NCBI RefSeq assembly: GCF_009834535.1
Contig: NC_045696.1
Location: forward strand, 104,782,001-104,846,000
Length of the DNA stretch: 64,000 nt
Direction of reading: 5' to 3'
From: Camelus ferus
Lineage: Eukaryota
The notes under the pieces are model-generated. The model was given only the letters and a program-made list of their open reading frames with translations. It searched no databases and had not been told where the DNA came from. This document shows, piece by piece, positions 51,350 through 64,000 of this stretch; position 1 is the stretch's first letter, and each line of letters starts with the position of its first letter. The translations under genes and the position numbers were made by a program.

Positions 51350-51730
51350 CTTGCGGGATCACTCCTTCAAAGCTTGCAGTCACTCTTTCAACCTTTTGTT
51401 CATTAATCCGCCCCAGGGGAGAAGGTTGCTCTTGGATAAGATTGTTTGGGCCGCATGCGGACCAGCAGATTCTTGTGTCCTTCCCTGGGCTGTGGCATCC
51501 AGCATACCCTTCTTTTGGCTAATTGTCCTTACATGTGACTTTTATTGCCTTAAGTGTCCACAAATGATTTTGACTCTAAGTATGGTTTGAACATGTGGTT
51601 TAGTCCTAGATTTATGACCTGGGCTGGAAAGTGTTGGCTCTTTTCTTTTGGGCGTGGCAGTCCAGTGAGTGAATTTTACCTCTCCCCCCTGCTCCTGAGT
51701 GGGCACTCAAATTCCTAATGCTTTGCATAA

Positions 51731-51731
<1 letters not shown>

Positions 51732-51785
<54 letters not shown>
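51732..51785. repeat. (AAT)n microsatellite, ~18 units
   Basis: Read directly from the sequence. Confidence 0.97.
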
Positions 51786-53338
51786 GTAGTGGTAGTAGTT
51801 TTAGGAGCACAGAGTCTATAGCTCAGTAATTTAGGACCATGGAAAAAGTTGTTTGGAAGCCAGATAGGAAGGAACAAGGGATTTCATGTCTACTACAAAA
51901 CAATGAACGGCATCCAAGGACGATTACATGTTTTTGAGTGTTTTGTAATTGCTTCCAAAGCCAGGGGAATGAATAAAATCTCCAGCCAAAAAAAAAAATT
52001 TTTTTTTACTGCCTTCAAAATTGTAAATATGCATGTCTATACATTTCCAAACAAACATATTTTGATTAAGTCATTAATGTCACTTTATAGCTCTTTCTCT
52101 CTCTCCTTCAGTCTTGCTGAAGGACTGAACATCAAGCAATTCAACAGTGACAGCTGGTGAGAAATCAGCTTTGAGATTTCTCATTAAAAGTAATGCTGTG
52201 TTAGTAGCCAAATACTTGGAAAAGTGAAATGTTAAAATTTAATGGTGTGGAAAAGGCTTATTCTAACTTTGCAAATTGTACCATCTTTGAGGAAGTTGGC
52301 AGAAAACATCAGCTTGGATTGTGGAAGGCCGAGCACGGCTGTAAAAACAACAGGAGTTCTGCAGAAGTAGGTATCCACCAAGCTGCAATCCTTACTGTGG
52401 TTTGTTCTGTGAAGTTCTTGAAACCTCTGACTGGCTCTCACCCTTGCACAGAATAAAGTTTCCCATTGCTTCCTTGCTCTACACTCTCACCATTAAGCTG
52501 ATTAGGCAAATATATTCAGCTTATATTATCTTCCCAGTGCTGTTTTCAGAAATGTTCTGCCCAATGTCTTAGATCACTGCACTGCACTAAGCATTTACAA
52601 AATTCATTTCTCTAAGAGGAATGGCAGGAAATAAAGTTTCATTGTATTTTAGATGGAGAACAAAAATACGAGGACTCACGTCCAATGTAATCAAAGCCGC
52701 CCATTTGCATTTTGGGGAAATAATTACATTCTTTATCTCCTGGTCTTAAATCACTTCTTGAAAACCTCCAACACCTGAAACAATGAAAATGTACAACTAC
52801 ACAAATTAGTCAATGAATCCCATCCATAGGCTTTAATAACAGCACCTTCCAGCCCTGTAAATGCACTAGAATTCAGGATAGTTGGGAAGAGGAGATATGT
52901 GTGGACTCTCTGGCCCACTCCATATATTTCTTTCGTAGAATTTGAAAGCACGTGTGTAACTATGTATCATTTCAAATAATCTGTATGGTTTTATCTGCGT
53001 AGGTCATATTAGCATGCCTTAACTCCTCAACTGGACTGTAAGCTATTCAAGGACATATAGAAAATGCTGAAGAATTTTAGTTGCTATGATTATTATTATG
53101 ATGCTGGTTATCCCAAGAGTAATAGTAGCCCCTAAGTAAGGTTAGGCAAAGAAGCCCCTAAGCCAAAACTCAGAAAGTCTAAATCTGTATCTTTCCAGTT
53201 TAAGGATAGAATGGAGACAGGGAAGGACTGCTGGACTTGGAGACAGGCAAAGCCAAGCCCCAGCCCCAGAACTTCCACTTTGTAATCCTGGATAAGTCAC
53301 CCAAAAAACTTGTGACACTGAAAATGTACAACTACACA

Positions 53339-53643
53339 CAGTAAACGATCTTACGGTTACCGGGGGAAGGAGGGTGGGAAGGAATAAATTTGGGAGTTCG
53401 AGATTTCCAAATATTAACTACTATATATAAAAATAGATTTAAAAAGATTTCTTCTGTATAGCACAGGGAACTATATTCAATATCCTGTAATAACCTTTAA
53501 TGGAAAAGAATATGAAAAGGAATATAAGTATATATATGCATGACTGGGACATTTTGTTGTACACCAGAAACTGATGCATTGTAACTGGATGATACTTCAG
53601 TCAAAAAAAAAAAAAAAAAAAAAAGAAGAAGAAGAAAGAAGTA
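53339..53643 (+). mobile_element. Young camelid LINE1 3' end with poly-A
   Basis: tgtatagcacagggaactatattcaatatc; A-tail; perfect 19-bp TSD gaaaatgtacaactacaca (53320-53338 and 53644-53662). Confidence 0.95.
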
Positions 53644-56600
53644 GAAAATGTACAACTACACAAATTAGTCGCTGAATCCCATCCGTAGACTTTAATCTAT
53701 TGGCATCTTCATGTATAAAGCGAAGGTAATAATAAAGTTATTATTATTACACATGTAATAATATATATTTAATACTATTTTAATAGTGTAGTTGTTATCA
53801 TATTAGACAAATATATGTAGAGTTCCTGGCACATTATAAGTACTCAGAAAGAGTCTACTCACTTAAAATGATAAACTTATAACATTATATCCAATATTGG
53901 AGCTGGAAGAAGTCTGAGAGCTCAGCTAGTCCAAACTCCCACCTTATAAATGAAGAAAGCAAGGCTCAGAGAAAGGAGTTGGACCACTCAGGTTTAACCA
54001 GGAACTAGTCTACTCAGGGTTAATGGCAGAGCAAAGGCTAGAACCCCAGTGTCCTGCACCCAGATGCTGGCTCTATTTCCCCCTGCCTACTGCCCCTCTC
54101 ATTTCATGCGTCTTCAAACAGAACACCAAGTCCAAGAGGATTAGAACTGTCCCCTCTCTTGTTTTCCCCACAGCACAGCAGACCAGTCCCAGCTAAGAGA
54201 CCACAGGTCCCTTGAGAAATGAAACAAGACCAACTCTGAATCAAGAGCCTGGGTCCCCTGCCCAGTGTGCAACATGGGCCGTATCCATCTCTGGGCAATT
54301 TCAAAGGAGGCTTTGATGGCTCTCCAGCCACACTGAAGCACACGCCAGCTCATGGCCCTAGCTGATACGGTCCTGGGTCATGACTTAGAAGACATCCCCG
54401 CAGCCAGTCATCGCAAGATGAAGCCACAGGAATAGGGGCCAGTCATTCAGCCAAAGAGCAGAATACCAGGAGAGCATTCCTGCCCGAGACCTCTCCCATC
54501 CCCTACCGGCAGTGCCACAGTCTGCCGTCAGGGCTTCACCACTTCCAGCTGTGACAGCCATCCTCTGGCACGTCGCAACTGCTTTGGGGAGATGACATGT
54601 TCTAAAAGCCATTAACATCAACTGGAATATCAGAGACCTTCCACTGGGAAAGCTGGGAAACTTCTGAGTAAAACATGATTTTCATTAGATAGCACTGGCT
54701 TGAGAGGAAAAGGGGCAGAAGTTAGAAGCAGAATTAGTTATGTCCTCAGCTATTCAGGGAGCTGGGGACAGCAGGAAACCACTGGACACCAGAGGGAAAA
54801 TGAGATTTCAGGAGCAGGAAGGCAGGAGGAAATATGATGCAGTCTGAGAACTCGGATGCTGGATGTTGAAGTCATTTGGTAAAATCAAATTACCTTCCCT
54901 TAGAATCTATTCTCTGAGAAAGGCACTTTTGTTTTTCCAAGAAACTGACTAAATTGTCATCCGGTGTCCTTAAATTTCCTCGTCTACCCATTGTGCTTTC
55001 TCTCCGAGGAGAGCAGCTTGACAAAACTGCACAAGCATTAGAAACAAGCCCATCACAGACAAATAAACAGCAACCCACTCACCAACAGCGTGGGTGCCAG
55101 CTTGTCGTTCAATTACTTCCAAGTCCTAAAGCTAATTTACAGGGTTTGGAGCGGCTGTCACTGTCCTTGGAAAACACAGCACTAAAGAGTCACAGATGTT
55201 TGTCTCTGCTCACTGACATGGTCCCCAGCCCCAAGGTGTTCTCTCTCAGCCACTCACCCTTCTTCTCCCAACCTGAAGAAATTTGACAATTGCGTGACCA
55301 ATATTCATAATGGAGATACCGGGCAAAGTCTCTCAACACATTCGGAGACGTGGGGGTGTTTGTAGCTGAAGTGGAATGCTATTAATAATTATGCCAAAGC
55401 CTGATGCTAATTACTGTGTAAGTCAGAAAATGCATGTCACCATTCTCCATCAGCTGACATTTCAGGAGTGGAATGGTTGTAAACAGCTCACTGGGTCTGC
55501 CATTTCCCCAGTGGCACTGGACTTCCACATCCACACAGAATGTCCCTGTTAGCAGGAGATATGTAACATCTAAGGAATTTTCCATTTTTGATGTTTGGCT
55601 TGAGGGCATCAGGGAGCATGGTCAAGTAACCTGGAATGCCAAAATAAGGGACAGGGCCATGTGACAAGACAGTTTCAGAGCCCGTCCTCCCTACGTGGTG
55701 GTAATTCATGGAGAACCTTCAGGACCAAAGCCAATGTTGCAAGTCCATTTATTCTACCAGTGCGTTTATATTCACTCCACCATTATTGCTCACAACCCCA
55801 AAGAGTCTTGATATGTGAGTGGCTCTGGTGTGGTATTGGGAGGGGGACAGAATTCATCAGAAACGGATAGAGAAATGTAGCTCACAAAATCTTGGTGAAA
55901 GTCTCTTGTTAGGATTGAGGACATCACCTGCCTCCCATAATGTGGGGGCATCATGCAGTCAACAAAATCTGCTTGAGGTTCTGGAATTAGTCTTGGTCTT
56001 AACTGAAGGTACTTCAAGACACCTCAAAAGGGCATCGATATTCCCACTGGTCCCAGCAATGATTCTGAAGTCCTCGCTGCAGTAGAATCATTGACGAATT
56101 AAAACATTGTTCATGCCACGTTAGTTGGTATATGTGAAATCGGCCACATGAAGACAGTATATTCAGAAACCTCAGAACATGGCCAATTTCCATATTCAAA
56201 GGGAGCTTCTTGACGGTGTAACTTGGGGACACAGACATTGTTGGGGAGGGGACTTTTCTGGCTTTTCCCCAATGTTTGTTACCACTGCAGCTACAGACTG
56301 AAGGATACAGTATTAATATTGCACAGCACACTAGCCGCTTAATTTGGGCACTTATGATGTTGCCTTTCTAAATTAGAAAGAGTTTGAAGCGCCGAACATT
56401 TCATCTGCTAACATGTTTTTCCTTTCTTCCTTACAGAGGCTCCTGCACCATTTGAAATAAAAATTTATTTCCTTGAATACATGGAATTGATGCTAATTAA
56501 AGTGCCTGTGAGAGTTGAAGGAAACAGCCAGCCCCAGGAAAAGAGAAGGTCAACTTTATTTTTCAAAGGGCACGGACAGAAATTAAAATACCCTTAATTC

Positions 56601-57892
56601 AAGTCATAGATTTCGTGGAGTTTGAAGAGACTTTACAGCTCCTCTAGGAAAGTAAGTGAAAGAGCAGGGGCTCTGAAGTTAGACAGACGCCAGTTGGACG
56701 CGTGGCTGTGCCTCAGCCTGAGTCTATGACCTTCGACGAGGTCCTCCGCGCCCACCCCACTGGATTAGGAAGAGGTTTTAGGTGTGACTGTCAAGTCCAT
56801 GCAGCATGTGCTTCTGGTCTACCTTGGTGTTGGGGATTGGGAGCTGGTGTCTCTCTTACAACAAGGAGGATACTAGTGATGGAAAATGGAGTCAAAGTTC
56901 TTTTAATGGGAAGAACTTGAATTTCTCCTATGCAGCAGGTGGGCTGGCTTCAGAAGGAACTCGACCCTCTTAGGTGTGAGGTCCTTGACTGTGGATCCCC
57001 TGGGCAGTGTCTCCTACATCTCAGCCACCCCCACATTCCCTGCTCGGGTCCTGACCTATCTGGACACTGTTTGTACTTTTATTAACTCCTTCTTATTATT
57101 TACTTGACTTTGAATAAACTCACTTTATTGAGTTATCCTCGTCTTAAGACATTATTACTTCTACCTGAGAAATGATAGGTTTGATATGTTCATTGCATAT
57201 ATTTTAATACCCAATGAAATAAATACAGACCTATAAACCAGCCACATTCACCCTCGCCATTCAGAATTCTTTGGCACACTGCTCATTGGGAAATACTTCT
57301 CGAGGGCAGAGTGAGCGTGGAAGATCACCATGGTTTCTCCCCACTCCATCTTTCAAATGATCAGATCTACGCCATCTCCCTCCCTGCCCCCTATGGACGC
57401 TGAGTCAGAGCTCACCCTGTGCTCCGCCAACCCTCAGCCACTGGCCTTGGGCGACACTGAAACTTCTCACCTGAGTATATGAAATGCGTACCATCCAGAG
57501 GAGTAGAAGGGAACGTCACTGGACTCCATTATTTAAGGATGAGAGGGGGAAGAAGGAGGGAGGGCGATTAGGGGCCAGGGGGAGAGAGGTTAAAAGAAGA
57601 GAATAAAAAGAGGGAAGCAGGAATGCAGAGAGGACACCTCCAGACCCAGGTGGGCGTGAAGTAGAGTTGGGCCACCTCCCGGCTGGATGGTCTGGCGCCA
57701 TTAATTCTGACTCCAGCTCTCACTGACTTTAAGTAGACGTTGGCTTTTACTTAGACTTAAGTAATAATAATATCTGTGAAATAACTATTCAGGGAGCAAC
57801 CACAGGAGGCAATGCCCCTGCTCCCCTGACCTGAAGAATCTGGCTGTGATGTGGTTCAGTGTATGGGAGCAGAATGGACCTTTATTCATTCT

Positions 57893-57936
57893 CTGTCTGT
57901 CTGTCTGTCTGTATCTTCCTCTCTCTCTCTCTCTCT
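57893..57936. repeat. (TCTG)n/(TC)n microsatellite
   Basis: Read directly from the sequence. Confidence 0.9.
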
Positions 57937-58479
57937 ATTCAGCTATTAGCTCACATCTGAACACCTTGGGTTAAATATTCCTAGGATCCCAGATGGTGGG
58001 GAAGGGCAGATGGACCTGGTGGCTTCCAGGAGAGCAGAGCGACACCCATCCACCCCTCGCCCCTGGGCTGGCTTGCTCAGGGAGGGGGACCCCCTGCTAG
58101 GAGGAGCACCCACCACCGGCCAGGGAGCACCCAGCTCACTCTTCTGAAGCGGTCAGAGACACGCTGGGGAGCAGAGTTGGGCGGGGGTGGGTGGAGGCTC
58201 TCTGGGGATTATCTTTGCTCCAACCCAGCTCTGTATCCCTGAGGACAGTAAGCACGGAGTGAGCTCACAGCCAGCAGAGCTTCTGCTGGGAGAAAAACCC
58301 CCTCGTATAGTCATTAACTCCTTTGAAGCCACAGAAGCAGGAATCAGACATCAGTCATCTGACCCCTAGCCCACTGCTTTCTGCAAAGGGACTTCATCTC
58401 CATCTCCTGACCCTACCAGCAGGGAGCACTGCAGTGCCTGTGAGCACAGACCCCCCTGGATGAGACATTCTCAGTGGGA

Positions 58480-58640
58480 TACCCAGTCTGCCTCCCAGCT
58501 TGGAGACCTCAGGCAAGATCCTCAGCCTCTTGAAAACTTGATTCCCCGTGAGAAAAATAATGACACTGCCCTCAAAGGCTCCTGTCAGGAGTAAAGAAAT
58601 AGCATTTGTAAACACCAAACACATGCTAAGTGCAGGCCAG
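58480..58640 (+). mobile_element. MIR
   Basis: gacctcaggcaagatcctcagcctct...gtgagaaaaataatgaca. Confidence 0.6.
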
Positions 58641-58995
58641 CTTCATGCCATGAACTGTTCGCTACTGCGCACCCGGAGCTAATCAGGGCATCAGTGTCAT
58701 CCTCGTCCTCTTACTGAGGTGCACTTTCTTCCTTCAGGATTACTCAGCTCGTCCAAAAGTATGTTCCCAGGGGACAGTTCTGGGGAGATTCCTCAGTGAA
58801 TCAGACAGCGAGATCACATCTCAGGCCTAAACATTTCCAAATAGGGCCAGGAGGTTTGAGGGGCACACACTCAGCTCCCAGGAGCCTCAGAGTCGCATCA
58901 GTGACACAGATTCTGAATCACTGCCCCAGCAGCCCCTGCTGGTCAGACAGCAGGTGGGAACCCAGGGTGTGCTCTCTTTAAAAGTCCTGTGGGTA

Positions 58996-59231
58996 TAAAT
59001 TGGGAACTCAAGATTTGCAGATACTAACTACTATACATAAAGTAGATAAACATCACGTTTATATGTATAGCACAGGGAACTATATTCAATACCTTATAGT
59101 CACCTATAATGAAAAAGAATCTGAAAACGAATATATATGTATATGTATGACTGAAACATTATGCTGTACACCAGAAATTGACACAACATTGCGAACTGAC
59201 TGTACTTCAATTAAAAAAAAAAAAGGAGAAA
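58996..59231 (+). mobile_element. Young camelid LINE1 3' end inserted in a MER5-like element
   Basis: gtatagcacagggaactatattcaatacc; A-tail; perfect 16-bp TSD aaaagtcctgtgggta at a TT/AAAA site. Confidence 0.95.
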
Positions 59232-62200
59232 AAAAGTCCTGTGGGTAAGAGTGAGGCACAGCCAGGCTGGAATAATTGCATCACTAGTTATTTAACCAAC
59301 ATTTACTGAGCACCTACTATGTGCTGGGCACTGACTGGAGACAGAGGATACCATGATAAACTGAGGAACTCAGACAAAGCAAAGGCAAATCTCATGATTG
59401 TGTGATGAGGCATCAGGGTGAACAGGGGGTGTGGTCCCTACTCGTAATGGAACTCGAAAACACCACGGAACTTTTAAGTGCATCGTCAACAGAATCCATA
59501 ATGGGATATCTTTCCTTTGTGTTTGTTTCTGAGGCTTTGTGCTTGGCTCAGAGGAACCACAGAAAGCTTAAAGTCGTGGATGGCCCAGGCCTGTTGCATT
59601 TCGACAACAAAAAGTGAAGAAATGTTTTCATTTACTGAGCAATTTAGGGAAATGATTTTGTAGGGAAGTGCAGCAAGTCACCAAAAACATTTTTTGAAAT
59701 ATATTCCAACTGTAAACAGCTTTTGGTAATGAGATGCTCTCAGTTTCTTTCCTTGACTGTCACATGCTGCCCAGGCAGGTCGGGGTGTTCACCAGGAACC
59801 CCTTCCCCCAAGGAGAGCTGGGAGCTGACACAGTGGGTGAAACAGGGGAAACCCTGATCACTGGCGTAGCTCCTGGGAAGCCAGCCTCCTGAGTACACTC
59901 GGGGAGTAGATCTCCTTTTGTCTCTAGATTCTGTACCACTGTTTTTCAAGCTAAAGAGCTTCTCCTCAGGTCTTATCAAGAAGGTGTGTTCCTGAACCGT
60001 GCCTTGTAGGTCCCTGGGTCTGTCTGGTTCCCTCGCCCGCAGCCAGAACTCATGACTGGTATTTATGGTCATAGGATAGTTAACTATCTTTTGGGCACCG
60101 TGCCCTACCTGGTGTGTATCCACAGCAATCCCCACAACTGCCTCAGGGAGTCACAGTCATCAGCTCACTTTTAAAATCAAGAAATAGCATCTTAGTCAAA
60201 ACGTTGCCCAAGGCACGGCAGCTGGTGATAGAGCCCTATTCTGCCCCGCCCGTCCCACTAGTAGGAGCCCAGCGTCACAGAGGTTCTTCCACCAGGGAAC
60301 CCGGCCCGCATGTCTTCAATGCTCCCCACTGGTTCACGCTCCCAGCCTGGCATGTGAGGGCCTCCAACTTCCTACCACAAAGCTCTGCTCCACCCCTGAC
60401 CAGCATCCTCTATTCCCCCAAAGGTGTCAGGACCTCACCCATCCTTCCCTCATATCCCCTAACACTACACTAGACACCAGGAGGCACTTGACTTGCATTT
60501 GCTCATTGTTTGATAATGGCCTTGCTTTTTCTCCTCTTTGCTCCTGGATGGAGCAGATTGATGGATATAAGGAAGCTGAAAAGGACGACCACCAAAATGG
60601 AGTAGACTTGGAAATGCAAGGCTTCACTTCTCTCTCAGTGTCTGGGGTGTTTAGAGCCTGCTGAACAGATAACATTTCTTTCTCCACTGGGCACATCAGA
60701 GGGCTGTCCTGGGACAGTGCCCTCCTGGAGAAGCCAGGGTTGGGGCCTTGACTTGAGGGCTTGCACTGAGGGGAACCACCTAAGTATTTAATCAGGGCAC
60801 TCAGAATCTCTGTAATCCAAGGTCAAATCTGAACCTTGGCCAAGAAGGGAAGCCAGAGGTCGACCTCCAAAGAGCAGAAGGATAACACTCGATTTCTGAA
60901 GGGTGCACAAGGCCACATGTGGGAAAACAAACCCCAGGTAAGAATCCCAAAAGATGAGAGCAGGTGGAACAGGAGGTGAGGGGGTAAGCGGGGACCCGGG
61001 CTAGACACGTTGTGTAACTGTGTCGTACACGAGTGGCCTCTAAGCTGACGGGTCTCAGGAAACTAGGACAGAGACTAAAAAGGCTGAGAAAATAGGAGAA
61101 GAGGGCAAGGGCCGATGAAATCCCCTTTGTGGGTCTTGCCTCAGATAACCTACTGCGAGCTGTGACAGCCTCTCCAGCAGCCCAGGGAGAGCCCCAGGGA
61201 AGACACAAGACGTCACCACATCCATGGTGGCGGGTCATGTCATCCCGGTATTGAAGGTCTCCCTGGCAATGTCTTCAGAGACATTGGGGCGGAAGATTTG
61301 GGGCAGAGGAGTGATAGGAAAGGGCCAAGTGACAGTTCCATGGAGAGCTGGCTTCCTTTGTTTCCCTGCAGTTATAATTCTGTGAAGGTCAGTTCAAATT
61401 ACCTTGAATGTCAGTGTAGACTTGGTGGACGTAAATGTGAAATAGGGTGGGGGTGCGGGCTCAGCTGTATTCTGGATTAAAAATATAAGACTTTCAGAAA
61501 AATGTCTCCCCCAACAAGTTATGGCGTGTCCAGGTGTCACATAAAAGTCAACCTTGATATATGTGTTCTGCGCAAGAATAAAGGAGCCTCTGGCTTATAA
61601 ACTGTGTCTGGAACTCATTGTCTGGCCATTATCAGAACAAATCCTATTCTCAGATAATGGACATCTGTTAAATCTTCCACTGTTAATAGAAAATGTTGCC
61701 TGTGGGACAGAGACGTTTACGATAGCATAATCTCTTCTGCGATAGAAGTGTTCTAAATCTTATTTTAACCAAGTGATTGTATTTGCATCTGGTTTTCTTA
61801 GGGGGAAAAGAAGAATGGGCCACAAAGAACCCAACGTGTCAGAGATGTCACAGCCCAATAAAGGGCTGGTGAGATACCAGACTCTCCTGCCTTCAGCCTT
61901 TCATCTGGCCCACAGAGATCACTAGCTCCAATCTCCTGAAAATCCAGACTGCTTAACCGGGGCTGTGAGACCCATAGGGATGTGGCCTGAGTCTCGCTCC
62001 ATGGTACTACCATTCTTGCAATGTATACTCTAATCATGCCAATATTTTGAAATTTCTGAATATTCCGGGTATTACCGTATCTCCCTGCTTGCCCCAGGCT
62101 GCTTTCTTGAACTCTTTCTCATGCTACAAAGAACTCACCTCACCTGGTTAACCCCAAACTCACTTCTTCTGACACTCTCCCATCTCTGGTTGGGTTAGGT

Positions 62201-62889
62201 GTTACTTTTGGAGACCCCATGGAACTTAATGATGATCTTTATGTAAGCCTCATCTTATTGTGCAGGTGCATTTGCTTTTTTTTTGTTTTCTTTGAAAGTA
62301 CGTTCTTCAAAAACAGGGGTCTATCTTCTTCACTCCTTTACCCATAACACAACCACCCAGCTCAGGGATGACTGTTTGGATGAAGTCTTGGGCAGGTATA
62401 AGGGTGGACTCATGCTGAGAGAACGATTCTCGGAGGTAGAATGATTCTTCCAATGCAGGACACTGGGAGTCAGCTATAAAGGCAAGGGATATTATAAATT
62501 TACCTAGAATCCTCAAAATATAAATTAAGTTAAAAGCATGACCATAATCTACATTTTTAATTGCTAATGGGCTCATTTGCCTGATCTTTGACCTTATGCC
62601 TATCTGGATTCTGTCTTCATCTCAATGACCTGTCCCTTAACCTCCTGGAGGAACTTAATCTAATGTCTAAGTCTTCTTTCTACCTCCTTCTCTTAAACTC
62701 TACAAAGGTAAAATGGATATATCACAACTCCAATGTGCTTAATTTTCAATGACCCTGATTCCTGATCCCGAACTTTACTCCAGCTCCCAAATCCTGTCTC
62801 AGACATCAGCAGTGATCCTCTTCCTTCTGTTAAAAAATTTTTCTCTACCAGACAAAAGGTCTCCAAACTACCTTTCACAAGAGCAATGA

Positions 62890-63110
62890 TAGGGGTTCAA
62901 ATTCAGGTTGTGCCATTTGCTGAGCAATCTCAGGCAAGATATTCAAGTTCTCTAAACCATAGAGATATTTTTAAGTCTCTAAGCTATCCAAGTGTTCTCG
63001 TTTGTAAAATGGAGGTGATCACAGTGCCGACCTGAAAAGGTGGTCCTGAGGAGTAAATGAGAGAATGAGTCAGAAGCTCTTAGAACTGCACGTGATATAC
63101 AATGCCACTT
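62890..63110 (+). mobile_element. MIR
   Basis: tttgtaaaatggaggtgatc...tgaggagtaaatgag. Confidence 0.7.
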
Positions 63111-63399
63111 ACTCTGTCCCCAGGATCTGTCAGAGACAGCTGTGCAGTAACAAAGAATGAGAGAAATGCCTAAAGATCAGGCCCTGGCAAAAGTCTTGAA
63201 TTGTAGGAAATGAGAAGCCATGGATCCAAAAAATACATAAGATACGCAGTGATATCCAAGAAAACATCTTAAAGAGATTGTTTATAAGTCCTTAGAAAAT
63301 AAAACAGTAATCCTGAAGACCCAAAATGGACTCATTAACGGCAAATACACCAAGTTAACCTTAATTTTTTATTGGATTGGTGGTCAGAGGTATGCATTA

Positions 63400-63660
63400 A
63401 TAATTACAATAATAGCAAATACTTACAGTGTGTTTTCTATGTGCCCAGGAACCAGTCAAAATGCTTTACACATTTGATTCAGTTCATGGGAAAGCCCTAT
63501 GAGGTAGGTGCTGTCAGTCTCTTCAATTTACTGATGAAGATACTGAGGCACAGAGGGTTTAAGTAAGTTGCCTAAGATCATACAACTATAGGAAGTATCA
63601 GACCTAGGATCTGAACTGAGGAAGTGCAGCTCCAGACCCTGTGTTCCATGCACTACACTA
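63400..63660 (-). mobile_element. Near full-length MIR
   Basis: ctatgtgccc, ccctatgaggtagg, ctgaggcacagagggtttaagtaagttgcctaagatcatacaact. Confidence 0.9.
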
Positions 63661-63694
63661 ACCTGGCAGACACAGTATCATTTTACTATCACAT

Positions 63695-63844
63695 TCCCAT
63701 AGCAGACATCACTAATCAATCCCAGCATTCAGCATCACTGAACAGAGATACAGCCTCAACATTCCTCTTAAGATAGTACTTTAGAGGGACCACACCTAAC
63801 CAGAGGGCATGGTCACACCAGAATAAATCCCTTTGCCATTCCTG
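63695..63844 (-). mobile_element. MER102-like hAT-Charlie relic
   Basis: gcagacatcactaatcaatc ... tttgccattcctg. Confidence 0.55.
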
Positions 63845-64000
63845 CCATTGGCATAACATATCCAAGTGTCCACAGGATACTCAGCAAAGTCTATCAAGAT
63901 AGTCTTATGAATTAAGTGAGGGAAAAGCCCCAAGACAGATTTGCAGTTGGTTGAACACATCTAAAAACTTCATACATATCACTAGTGGGTCAATGCTCAC

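Noticed and set aside
58416..58429. CTCF-like CCAGCAGGGAGCAC (weaker matches near 2128, 43400 and 50654)
   Set aside because: Each mismatches the core consensus; cannot be separated from chance without matrix scoring or ChIP data
60548..60664. Protein-looking short ORF MEQIDGYKEAEKDDHQNGVDLEMQG
   Set aside because: 38 codons, no recognised homology, no convincing splice sites
252..63566. ORFs in the supplied track as protein-coding genes
   Set aside because: All are under 150 aa, many use non-ATG starts or overlap repeats, and none resembles a host protein I know; this is expected background in mammalian non-coding DNA
1..64000. Naming the host gene or locus
   Set aside because: No recognisable exon to anchor an assignment; it needs a BLAT/BLAST search against camelid and human genomes

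Overview
Repeat-rich, non-coding mammalian genomic DNA (a gene desert or very large intron). It is most likely from a camelid, because it carries three copies of the tRNA-derived Vic-1-type SINE and several cetartiodactyl-type L1 3' ends. I cannot support any host protein-coding gene. The only recognisable protein homologies are transposon relics: an L1 ORF2 C-terminal piece, a HAL1/L1 ORF1-like remnant and an L2 endonuclease remnant. Ancient MIR, L2, MaLR/ERVL LTR and hAT MITE relics are interspersed with repeat-free, motif-dense blocks that look like enhancers. Five observations stand out. (1) A ~440-bp inverted duplication of mostly unique DNA (33.5-33.9 kb and 35.4-35.8 kb) has a better-conserved core. 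(2) A near-consensus REST/RE1 site lies inside a long L2 relic. (3) A young internal L1 ORF2 fragment lacks 3'UTR, poly-A and target-site duplication (TSD). (4) At 52.8-53.7 kb, a short locally copied segment inside a MIR was later split by an L1. (5) There are candidate frame-preserving micro-exons. Repeat family names come from my recollection of consensus sequences, old-repeat boundaries are approximate, and identities were counted by hand.
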